From Anaeromyxobacteraceae bacterium (GTDB lineage Bacteria > Myxococcota > Myxococcia > Myxococcales > Anaeromyxobacteraceae), in assembly GCA_047602405.1 (NCBI GenBank), contig JASGHJ010000002.1:3424001-3488000 (forward strand): a stretch of 64,000 nt of DNA, in the 5' to 3' direction. Below are positions 9,156 to 17,695 of this stretch, piece by piece. The translations under genes were made by a program, and so were the position numbers. The number at the start of each line of letters is the position of its first letter. The first letter of the stretch is position 1. The notes below the pieces were generated by a model. It did no database searches, was not told the origin of the DNA, and saw only the letters and a list, made by a program, of their open reading frames with translations.

Positions 9156-10063
9156 GCCCGCTCGCCGCCCTCTCCCACGACCTCGCCGAGCTCGTGGCGC
9201 GTGCCGCGCCCTCGGTGGTCGGCCTCGAGCACCGCCGCGGCCAGGGCTCGGGCGTGGTGCTCGCACCCGACGGCTGGATCCTCACGAACGCGCACGTGGC
9301 GCGCGGGCCGGGCCCGCTCACCGTCCGGCTCTCCGGCGCGCGCGTCGCCCGGGGCGAGCTCGTCGGCTCCGATGCGCGCACCGACCTCGCGGTGGTCCGC
9401 ACCGACGCCCGCGACCTCGCTGCGCTCGCGCTGTCGGAGCGCCGGCTGCGCGTGGGCGAGCTCGTGCTCGCCATCGGGAACCCGCTCGGTTTCGAGCGGT
9501 CGGTGACCGCGGGCGTGGTCTCCGCGCTGCACCGGAACCTCCCCGCCGGCCCGCGCGGCGACGGCGTGCTCGAGGGGCTCGTGCAGACCGACGCCGCGGT
9601 GAACCCGGGCAACTCCGGCGGACCGCTCCTCGACGCGGAGGGACGCGTCGTCGGCATCACGACGGCGATGCTGCCGTGGGCGCGCGGCATCGGCTTCGCG
9701 GTGCCCGCGCGGACGGCGAGCTGGATCGCGTCGGTGCTGATGGCCGACGGCGAGGTGCGCCGGCCGTTCCTCGGCGTCTCCGCCCGCGGCGAGGACCTCG
9801 ACCTCGCCGATGCGCGCGAGGCGGGTCACGGCCGCGGCGTGCGCGTGCTCGAGGTCATGTCCGGCTCGCCGGCGGAGGCGGCGGGCCTCCGGCCCGGGGA
9901 CCTCCTCGTCGCGGCCGCGGGCGCGCCGACCGAGACGCTCGACGACCTCGTCCGGGCGATGGTGCTCGGCCACCCGGCGGCGCTCGGCGTCGACGTCGTG
10001 CGAGGCGGCGCGCGGCGCTCGCTCGAGATCCGGCCCCGGCCGCCGGAGCGGAGGGCGGCGTAG
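9152..10063 (+). CDS. Second S1C (HtrA-like) serine protease with PDZ domain
   Basis: GTG overlaps the upstream stop; GSGV, LTNAHV, TDLAV, QTDAAVNPGNSGGPL. Confidence 0.9.
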   Translation: MSPLAALSHDLAELVARAAPSVVGLEHRRGQGSGVVLAPDGWILTNAHVARGPGPLTVRLSGARVARGELVGSDARTDLAVVRTDARDLAALALSERRLRVGELVLAIGNPLGFERSVTAGVVSALHRNLPAGPRGDGVLEGLVQTDAAVNPGNSGGPLLDAEGRVVGITTAMLPWARGIGFAVPARTASWIASVLMADGEVRRPFLGVSARGEDLDLADAREAGHGRGVRVLEVMSGSPAEAAGLRPGDLLVAAAGAPTETLDDLVRAMVLGHPAALGVDVVRGGARRSLEIRPRPPERRAA

Positions 10064-10083
10064 ATTGCGGCCCCGCCGCGGGG

Positions 10084-10827
10084 ATGGGAGACTCGGCGCC
10101 CGTGCGCCCCGCCTCCCACCTCCGCGCGAGCGCGATCGCCCTCGCGGTGCTCGCGGCCGCGAGCCTCTCCCGGTTCGCGTTCCGCGGGCTGCCGCGGCCG
10201 CTCGTCGATCCCGCGTGGAAGGCGGGCTGGATCGCGCTCGTCCTCGCCGGCCTGTGGGCCGCGCACCGCGCCCGCCTCGCGGAGGTGCCCGGCGAGCTCC
10301 GGCTCCCGCGCACGCCCTGGCGCGGGCTCGGGGTCGCGCTCCTCGCGAGCCTCCCGATGCTCGCGGTGCTGGCCCTCACCGCCGGCCGCCTGCCCCACCC
10401 CGAGCTCGGCTACCCGCTCGTCCGCTCGGCGGTCGTCGCGCCCATCGCCGAGGAGCTCCTCTTCCGCGGCTATGCGTTCCGGCAGCTCGCGCGCCGCGGG
10501 GGATGGGGCTTCTGGCCGGCCGTGCTCGCGACGGCGCTCGTGTTCGGCCTCGGCCACCTCGGGAACGTCCGCTCGGGCGCGGGGCTCGAGACCGCGCTCG
10601 AGGAGGTCGCGATCACGGCCGCGGGCGGCGCCTTCTTCGCCTGGCTGCTCGCGCGCTGGGACGACCTGTGGGTCCCCATCGGCCTGCACGCGTTCATGAA
10701 CCTCTGGTGGGACGTCTACGCCGTCGACGAGCTCGCGATCGGCGACACGGCGGCGAACGTGGCGCGGGTGCTCACGATCGCCGCCGCGATCGCGCTCACC
10801 CTGCGCCACGGACGCCGCCAGACCTAG
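10084..10827 (+). CDS. CPBP (CAAX/Abi) intramembrane glutamic endopeptidase
   Basis: EELLFRG, FGLGH and HAFMN motifs, multiple TM segments. Start could be 10084 or 10102. Confidence 0.85.
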   Translation: MGDSAPVRPASHLRASAIALAVLAAASLSRFAFRGLPRPLVDPAWKAGWIALVLAGLWAAHRARLAEVPGELRLPRTPWRGLGVALLASLPMLAVLALTAGRLPHPELGYPLVRSAVVAPIAEELLFRGYAFRQLARRGGWGFWPAVLATALVFGLGHLGNVRSGAGLETALEEVAITAAGGAFFAWLLARWDDLWVPIGLHAFMNLWWDVYAVDELAIGDTAANVARVLTIAAAIALTLRHGRRQT

Positions 10828-11264
10828 CCGAGCGTCGCCTTCACCGACAGCTCGACGTTCCCCTTCAGCGCCCCGCTGATCGGGCAGCCGTCCTTCGCCG
10901 CCTCGGCCGCTTGCTGGAACCCCGCGGCGTCGAGGCCCGGCACCTGGCCCGTCACCTCGATGGCGCTCCTCGAGACCTTCCAGCCCGCGCCCGCCTGCTC
11001 GAACGTCACGGTCACCGTCGCCTCGAGGCGCGCGGGCGGCGAGCCCGCCCGCCCGAGCCCGGCCGAGAGCGCCATGCAGTAGCAGCTCGCGTGCGCCGCC
11101 GCGAGGAGCTCCTCCGGGCTCGTCTTGCCGTCGGAGCGCTCGGTGCGCGTCGCCCAGGACACGCCCGCCTCCTTGAAGAGCCCGCTCGACTCCGCGCTCA
11201 CCTTGCCGGAGCCCTTCATGAGGTCGCCGGTCCAGACCGCACGCGCCTTCCTGGTCGCCGCCAT
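10824..11264 (-). CDS. osmC: OsmC-family peroxiredoxin
   Basis: MAATRKARAVWTGDL, TSPEELLAAAHASCY, AKDGCPIS; GGAGG RBS upstream. Confidence 0.9.
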   Translation of the reverse strand: MAATRKARAVWTGDLMKGSGKVSAESSGLFKEAGVSWATRTERSDGKTSPEELLAAAHASCYCMALSAGLGRAGSPPARLEATVTVTFEQAGAGWKVSRSAIEVTGQVPGLDAAGFQQAAEAAKDGCPISGALKGNVELSVKATLG

Positions 11265-11531
11265 TGTGGTGTCACCTCCGGGTTTGGCGTGGACCATGTG
11301 TCCGCTCCCTCCCGGGCGCGCCGCCCCGGTGGGGGCGCGGGATGGGGGGCGCACGCGGCGCCCTGCGTCGAGAAATTCATCGATCCGGCCAACGCGACGC
11401 GATCGACGCGTGCGCTGGTCCGTGGCGCCGCAGGGGCGGGCCCGGGGTCCGGGGTCACTCGCGGTACACCCGGTCCCACCCCGAACGGAACTGCGACAAC
11501 GGCGACGCTCGCCACCCCTGCACGCCGCGCG

Positions 11532-12047
11532 ATGCTGCCGCTCGTGCGCCTCGTCTGCTCGTACTGCCACAAGACCCTCCGCGCCGAGCCCGGCTCGAAG
11601 GCCACCGAAGTCACCCACGGCATGTGCCCGGCGTGCGCGGACTTCTTCGAGAGGCTCTGGGCGGGGATGAACCTCGGCGAGTACCTCGACGACCTCCCCC
11701 AGCCGGTGATGGTGGTGGACGGGGACGGGCGCGTCGTGGCCGCCAACCGGCAGGCGGGCGCGGCCCTCGGCCGCGAGCCGTCGCAGCTGCGTGGCCTCCT
11801 CGGCGGCGAGGCGATGGCGTGCGTCTACTCGCGCCTCCCGGGCGGCTGCGGGAAGACGGTGCACTGCAAGGACTGCACGATCCGCAACACGGTGACGAAG
11901 GTCTCGAAGACGAAGCGGCCGCTCCTGCACCAGGACGCGTACCTGCGCCAGGGTGACGGCGTCCACCAGCTGCGCATCTCGGCCCGGCCCACGAAGGAGT
12001 TCGTGGAGGTCACCATCGAGGCGATGGGGCCGGGCCGCGCCGCCTAG
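11532..12047 (+). CDS. Small protein: CxxC/HxxCxxC metal finger + PAS-like domain with Cys cluster
   Basis: VCSYCHK...HGMCPAC; LDDLPQPVMVVDGDGRVVAANRQA; C...GCGKTVHCKDC. Start could be 11532 or 11544. Confidence 0.75.
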   Translation: MLPLVRLVCSYCHKTLRAEPGSKATEVTHGMCPACADFFERLWAGMNLGEYLDDLPQPVMVVDGDGRVVAANRQAGAALGREPSQLRGLLGGEAMACVYSRLPGGCGKTVHCKDCTIRNTVTKVSKTKRPLLHQDAYLRQGDGVHQLRISARPTKEFVEVTIEAMGPGRAA

Positions 12048-14678
12048 GTTCCGCTCATCAGGTACAGCCGCGAGAGCTCCTGGCCGTAGCTGTAGGCGTA
12101 CGCGCCGCCCTCGGCGACGACCACGACGTCGACGCCCCGGCGCCCGAGGGCCGGCGGATTCGATCGTGAGGAGCGGGGCGGACGCTCCGGTCGCGGGATC
12201 GACCCTGCGCACCACGATCGGCGGCGAGGGCGTGCGCACGAGTACCTCGGCGCCGCGCCAGCCGCAGACGTCCTCGCCGGCGAAGGCGCCCGGCGCGGCG
12301 GCCGGAGCCGCGCTGCCGTCCGCAGGGATCACGAGGAGCCGCCCCTCGTGCACGAACGCGGCGCGGCGGCCCGCGGCGTCGAGCGTCGGCCGCCCGTGCA
12401 CGCCCTCCGGCGTGAGGGGCGCCGGCGCGCGTCCGGGCTCGAGGCGCCAGAGGCGCGGGCGGCGCCCCGGCTCGGCCCCGCTCGCCAGGATCCCGCCCGC
12501 GCACCAGCGCAGCCACCGGAGCTCCTCGAGCGGCGCCTCGAGCGGGCGCGCCTTCCCGCCCTCGAGCGGCAGCACGATCGGCTTCCCCTCCCCGTACGAC
12601 AGCGCGAGCACGCCGCGCCCATCGTCGGCGAGGTCGACCGGCCAGGCGTCGCCGAGCTTCCGGGCCGGGCCGCCCGCGGTGGGCCGCAGGTAGGCGCCCT
12701 GCGCGGTCTCGACGTCGCCGAACTCGGCGAAGAGCACGTGCGCGCCGTCGGCGGAGAGGTCGACCGCGATCGAGACGTCGGAGAGCGAGAGATCGAGGTC
12801 CTCGGCCGCGCCCGCGGGCCGGACCAGCATCCGCATGCGCCCGGCGGTGTGCGCTACCGCCATGCGGCCGTCGCGGTCCACGTCGAAGAGCCGGAGCCGG
12901 CCCGCCGTCGGCACCCGCGCGCGCTCGCGGCCGTCGAGGTCGAGCGCCCGCACGGCGTTGTTGCCTCCCTGGCGCGACGCGCTCACCCGGACACCCTGCC
13001 CGTCCGGCGCCCAGGCGAGCCCGTCGATGCTGGTCCACTCGCCGCCGATCCGGCGCGCCGCGCCGCCCGAGACCGGTACGAGGACGACCTCGCCGCGGTC
13101 GTCGATCGGGTCGGCGTGCTCGAGCACCGCGATGGTGGCGCCGTCCGGCGAGACCCGGGGGTGCGAGAGCCAGCCCGCCTCGCGCAGCACGCGGCCGCCG
13201 AGCTCGAGCCGGAACGCCCCTCTCTCCGCCCGCACGAGCGCGAGCTCGCCGCCGTCGGGTGTGAAGTCGGCGTGCTGGGCCTCCACGCCGAGCCGCCGGG
13301 GCTCGCCACCCTCGAAGGGCACGAGCGCGAGCGCCCCGGCCTGGTGGAAGCCGCGGATGAACCGGTGTCCGAGCGACAGCGCGAGCTCGCCGCGCGCGGA
13401 CACCGCGAGCACCTGCCCCTCGGGGAGGCCGAGCGACCGGATGCCACCCCCGCCCGGCCGCGCGGTGAACGTCTCGAGCGGCAACCCGTCCCAGGCTGCG
13501 CTGTGGACGATGCTGCCGCCGTCACGCGTGAAGCGCGCGCTCGCCACCCGGCCCTGCCGGAACGTGAGCTGCTGGAACTCGTTCGCGGCCGGCGCGGGTG
13601 CGAGGAGCCAGCGGCCCGCGGCGGTTCCAGCGAGCCCGGCCGCGGCGGCGCCAAGCAGGAAGGTGCGCCGGGAGACCGACCCGGCCGGACCTCGCGCCCG
13701 GTCCCGGCGCCATGGCGTCGCCGGCCCGAGGAGCCCCTCGAGCGTCCAGGCGAGATTGTTCGCGGTCTGGAAGCGGCGCGCGGGATCCTTCTCGAGGCAG
13801 CGCGCGACGGTGGGGCCCGCCGGGTCCTCGAGCGCGGGCGGCGTGTCGCGGAGGACGGCCGAGAGCCGCTCGGCGAAGGTCGCGCCGCCAAAGGCGCGCC
13901 GGCCGGAGAGGAGCTCGTACAGGAGGGCGCCCGCCGAGAAGAGATCGCTCCGGGCGTCGGCGATCTCGCCGCGCGCCTGCTCGGGCGCGAGGTAGCCCGA
14001 GGTGCCGAGCACCGCGCCCGGGGTGGTGGCCTCGGCGCCCGGGGCGCCGTCGAGCCGGGCGAGGCCGAAGTCGAGGATCTTGAGCGTGCCGTCGACCGTG
14101 ACGACCACGTTCGACGGCTTGAGATCGCGGTGGACGACGCCCTTCGCATGCGCCGCCGCGAGGCCGCGCGCGAGCTGCAGCCCGAGCGCGAGCGCCTCGG
14201 CGCGCGGCACCCGCCCGCGGTCGAGGCGGCTGCGCAGGGTCTCGCCCAGGACGAGCTCCGAGACGACGTACGGCACGCCGCCGTCCGTGCCCACGTCGTG
14301 CACCGCGACGACGTTCGGGTGGGCGATGGCCGCCGCCGCGCGCGCCTCCACCTCGAGGCGCCGCACGCGCGCGGGGTCGTCGGCGAAGCGCGCCGGCAGC
14401 GCCTTCAGTGCGACGTGGCGCCCGAGGCGGGTGTCGAGGGCGCGGTAGACCTCGCCCATCGCGCCCGCGCCGATGAGGGCCTCGAGCCGGTACGGCCCGA
14501 GGGTGCGTCCGGCGAGGTCGCGCGAGGCGGCCTCGGGCTGCCCGCCGAGCAGCGTCGCGAGGAGCGCGCTGCACGACGGGCAGTCGGAGAGGTGCCCCTC
14601 GACCGCGGGGTCGGCGCCGAGCGAGCGCTCCCCGCGGGCGAGGTCGAGGAGGACGTCCTCCGCGAGGCACCCGGACAT
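12044..14678 (-). CDS. Ser/Thr protein kinase: N-terminal HxxxCxxC (ZAS-like) finger, TM segment, TolB/PD40-like propeller (apparent frameshift at ~12159)
   Basis: HLSDCPSC; GAGAMGEVY, VALK, HRDLKPSN, DFG, APE. Removing one base restores the C-terminus ...AYAYSYGQELSRLYLMSGT* ending at 12044. Confidence 0.85.
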
Positions 14679-14687
14679 CCCGCCATC

Positions 14688-16046
14688 CTACCGGTGGCCT
14701 GCCAGCCAGGTCATGAGCGGAGCCCACGCGAGCCGCTCGGCGTCGGCGGAGAAGAGGAGGTCGGCGTGGCCGAAGTCCTCCTCCTCCTGCGCGGCCGGGA
14801 GGCGGCGGATGACGAGGGTCTGGACGTCGGACGACCCGACCTGGCTCGCCGAGAAGAGCGCCCGCTCCCCGTAGCCGCCCGCCGCGGCGAGCGCGAACAC
14901 CGGCACCCGGATGCGCGAGAGGGGCGCGTCGACCGGGAGCGGCCCCTGGTTGCAGAGCATCGCGTCGAAGTCGGCGGCCTCGAGCATCGACTGGTGCGGC
15001 GCGGCGCCGGCGAACCAGGTCGCGATCGCGGCGTCGGTGGAGTAGCGGAGGCCGACCGGGAAGCCCTGGTCGAGCACCGGCCCGGCGAGGTGGTAGACCG
15101 GCGTCGCGGGGAAGAAGAAGTAGGTCTGACCCGCGAAGGTGCGCATCACGTCGAGGTTCGTGTACCCGGGGAAGCCGCCCTGGAAGGGCGTCTGGGCGTC
15201 GGGGGCGGAGAGCGCGAGCGAGCCGACGCGGACGACGAAGTTGTTCGGCGAGTCGATCTCGCCGTCGGCGACGAGCTGGTACTCGAAGGCCGAGAAGTCG
15301 CAGTACATGAGCCGCAGGTCCTCGTCGGCGGGCCCGAGCGACGCATAGACGTCGAGCGGGACGAGCCCGTCGACGTGGCGCTGCCAGGCCGGCCGCGCGG
15401 CCTCCCAGGCCGCGTAGACGTAGGCGAGCTGGCCGCCGTGCGAGAAGCCCAGGAGCTTCATGCGGCCGTCCTCGTGATCGGTGAGGAGACGGACCCCGCG
15501 GGCGAACGCGAGCGCGACCTGCGTGTCGGCGACCTCCTGCGCGAGCCCCATGGTGCCGAAGTCGGAGACGTCGGCGGCGGGGTCGGCGGACGGGTTCGTC
15601 CAGCGGCGATCGAGGCCCCACGCGTCGACGTTCTTCCCGGCGAGCCAGCCGGCGAGGCCGGTCGAGGCCGAGGGCGGGTCGGCGAGCGCGGGGGCGAAGT
15701 TGGTCGCGAAGGTGGCGAAATCGCCGTGGAGCATCATGACCGCGCTCGAGGTCTCGCGCGGCCTCCAGGGCGCCTTCTCGCGGACCACGCGGTGGATGCG
15801 CAGGTACGCGTTCGGGCCGGTGCCGACGGGCACGGTGAAGAGGTAGTGCCAGACGTCGCCCGCGACGTTCTCGCGGGTGACCGACGGTGCGAGGGCGCGC
15901 AGCGCGGCTTCCCTCGACTCCGGGGCGCTCCGCGCCCCTGCGCTCGGGGTGGTCGGCTCCTCGGAACCTGGCGAAGAGGGCTCTCGGGGCGCCGCCCCGC
16001 ACGCGAGGGCGAGGGCGGCGAGCAGCGTGACGAACGATCGGGACAT
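14688..16046 (-). CDS. Lipoprotein alpha/beta hydrolase
   Basis: Lipobox LALAC, MLHG, GFSHGG nucleophile motif, FGHADL catalytic His; AGGAGG RBS. Confidence 0.8.
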   Translation of the reverse strand: MSRSFVTLLAALALACGAAPREPSSPGSEEPTTPSAGARSAPESREAALRALAPSVTRENVAGDVWHYLFTVPVGTGPNAYLRIHRVVREKAPWRPRETSSAVMMLHGDFATFATNFAPALADPPSASTGLAGWLAGKNVDAWGLDRRWTNPSADPAADVSDFGTMGLAQEVADTQVALAFARGVRLLTDHEDGRMKLLGFSHGGQLAYVYAAWEAARPAWQRHVDGLVPLDVYASLGPADEDLRLMYCDFSAFEYQLVADGEIDSPNNFVVRVGSLALSAPDAQTPFQGGFPGYTNLDVMRTFAGQTYFFFPATPVYHLAGPVLDQGFPVGLRYSTDAAIATWFAGAAPHQSMLEAADFDAMLCNQGPLPVDAPLSRIRVPVFALAAAGGYGERALFSASQVGSSDVQTLVIRRLPAAQEEEDFGHADLLFSADAERLAWAPLMTWLAGHR

Positions 16047-16095
16047 GTGTGACCTCCTGCGAGGTCGACACGCCCCGCCGCCGGGCTTGCACGAC

Positions 16096-16881
16096 CTACC
16101 CTTCCAGGATCCTGGCGATCGAGAGGTCGAGGTTCGACATGACCATCCGAGCCAGGGAATCGACGCTCTCCGGCGAGACCGAGAGGCGCGCGACGAGCCG
16201 CGTCCGGGCCCCATCCGCGACCGCGGCGGCGGCCGCGGCGAGCCAGCGCGACGCCGTCGACTCGTGCACCTGGTACAGCCGGGCGAGCTGCGCGAGCCGG
16301 ACGCCGTCGACGTGGCAGAGCCGCAGGATCGCGCGCTGCCGCTCGGGCAGCGCCGAGAGGGCCTCGGCGAGCGCGGCCCGGAACTCCGAGCGGTAGAGCG
16401 ACTTCATGTGCCGGAGCTCCGGGTCGGCCTCGGCGGAGACGAGCTCGGCGAGGACGTCGGCGCTCACCGGCGGGGCTGCGCGACGGAGGTTGAGCGCCGC
16501 GCGCACCGCCGCCACGCGGAGCCACGCGCCGAGCGGCCCGCGGGCGCCGTAGTCGAGGATCCGCGGGTGGCCGCGCTCCGGCGCGAGCAGGCGCACGCGC
16601 ACGGCCTGCCCGACCTCGTCCCTGAACGCCGGCGACCGATCGATCCCGCGCGCCGCCGCCTCGACCTCCGGCCCGAGCTGCGCCTCGAGCCGGCGCAGCG
16701 CCGCGGGGTCACCCTGCCCGGCGGCCCAGGCCACGAGGAGGTCCGGGAGGTGCTCCGCCCGCGCGCCCTCGGCCCAAGCCGCGCCCGCCCGGGCCGCGAG
16801 CGCGGCCGGGTCGACCTTCACGTCGGGCGCGGCCTCGCGCGCGGCCCGCAGCGCGGCGTCCCAGGCGGGGTCCGTGGGCAT
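16096..16881 (-). CDS. ECF-type sigma-70 factor, Myxococcales family
   Basis: DLLVAWAAGQGDPAAL, YGARGPLGAWLRVAAVR, region 4 LARLYQVHESTASRWL, C-terminal SNLDLSIAR. Confidence 0.8.
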   Translation of the reverse strand: MPTDPAWDAALRAAREAAPDVKVDPAALAARAGAAWAEGARAEHLPDLLVAWAAGQGDPAALRRLEAQLGPEVEAAARGIDRSPAFRDEVGQAVRVRLLAPERGHPRILDYGARGPLGAWLRVAAVRAALNLRRAAPPVSADVLAELVSAEADPELRHMKSLYRSEFRAALAEALSALPERQRAILRLCHVDGVRLAQLARLYQVHESTASRWLAAAAAAVADGARTRLVARLSVSPESVDSLARMVMSNLDLSIARILEG

Positions 16882-17034
16882 GCACTCATGGTACCTCCGG
16901 CTGCGCGCCGGGACCGGGCCGCGGAGGGGTGCGAGTCCGCGAACCGGACCCGGAATGCGGCGGGTGACGCGGGTCGGCCCAGATCCGGTGAGGTCGGCAT
17001 CGCCCGGCGGCTGCCAGGTGGCATTGCCGCTGCA

Positions 17035-17052
17035 TTCATACGGCGATATGAA
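17035..17052. promoter_or_regulatory. Palindromic operator of the vapBC pair
   Basis: Perfect TTCATA-N6-TATGAA immediately upstream of the antitoxin start. Confidence 0.55.
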
Positions 17053-17059
17053 CGAGGAC

Positions 17060-17284
17060 ATGAAGCGACGCTCCACGCCCGTCACCCGCCGGGTGACCGC
17101 CAACCTTCCGATCGCACTCCTCGATCGCGCGTGCCGGGTGACCGGCAAGGGGATCACCGAAACGCTCGTGGAGGGACTCGAGCGGGTCCGCCGTTCATCC
17201 GCGGCGGCTCGGGCGCGGACCCTCCGCGGGAAGCTCGAGCTGGAACTCGACCTCGAGGCCTCCCGTGAACGGGCTCGTCATTGA
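17060..17284 (+). CDS. Putative VapB-type (RHH-like) antitoxin
   Basis: 74 aa, RRVTANLPIALLDRA...GITETLVEGL; overlaps the downstream PIN gene; GAGGA RBS. Confidence 0.7.
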   Translation: MKRRSTPVTRRVTANLPIALLDRACRVTGKGITETLVEGLERVRRSSAAARARTLRGKLELELDLEASRERARH

Positions 17285-17651
17285 TACGTCGGCGTGGGTC
17301 TCGTATCTGGCCGGAGGCGGCAACCCGCAGCTCGTCGAGCCCGCCCTCGAGGATGACCGGGCGCTCCTTCCGCCCGTCGTGGCTGCGGAGCTGCTGAGCG
17401 GCAAGATGTCTCTTCGGCAGCGCCGCGCGCTCATGGATCTGCTCGACGACGTGTTCCTCATTCGAGCGGACCGGGAGCACTGGTACCGCGTGGGTGACCT
17501 TCGCGCAGCCTTGGCCGCCCACGGGCTCACGGTTTCCACCCCCGACGCGCACGTCGCGCAGTGCGCGCTCGACCTCGGAGCGGACCTGCTGACCGAGGAC
17601 GCGATCTTCACCCGGATCGCCGGCGAAGTCCCCTTGCGGCTCGTCCGCTGA
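17265..17651 (+). CDS. vapC: PIN-domain VapC toxin
   Basis: IDTSAWV, VAAELLSG, PDAHVA, LLTEDAIF acidic PIN motifs. Confidence 0.85.
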   Translation: MNGLVIDTSAWVSYLAGGGNPQLVEPALEDDRALLPPVVAAELLSGKMSLRQRRALMDLLDDVFLIRADREHWYRVGDLRAALAAHGLTVSTPDAHVAQCALDLGADLLTEDAIFTRIAGEVPLRLVR

Positions 17652-17695
17652 GTCCCAGAGCGCCCCGCCCCGCCCGCTGCTACAACGTCCCCCGC

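Noticed and set aside
10084..10827. CPBP protease as the myxosortase for the MYXO-CTERM protein
   Set aside because: Same superfamily, but CPBP paralogues are numerous, it lies 6 kb away in a different unit, and I see no subfamily-specific evidence.
10824..14678. Apparent kinase-OsmC fusion of 1284 aa
   Set aside because: One extra base at ~12159 reads through the real kinase stop (12044). osmC has its own RBS and ATG, and a plus-strand gene lies between them.
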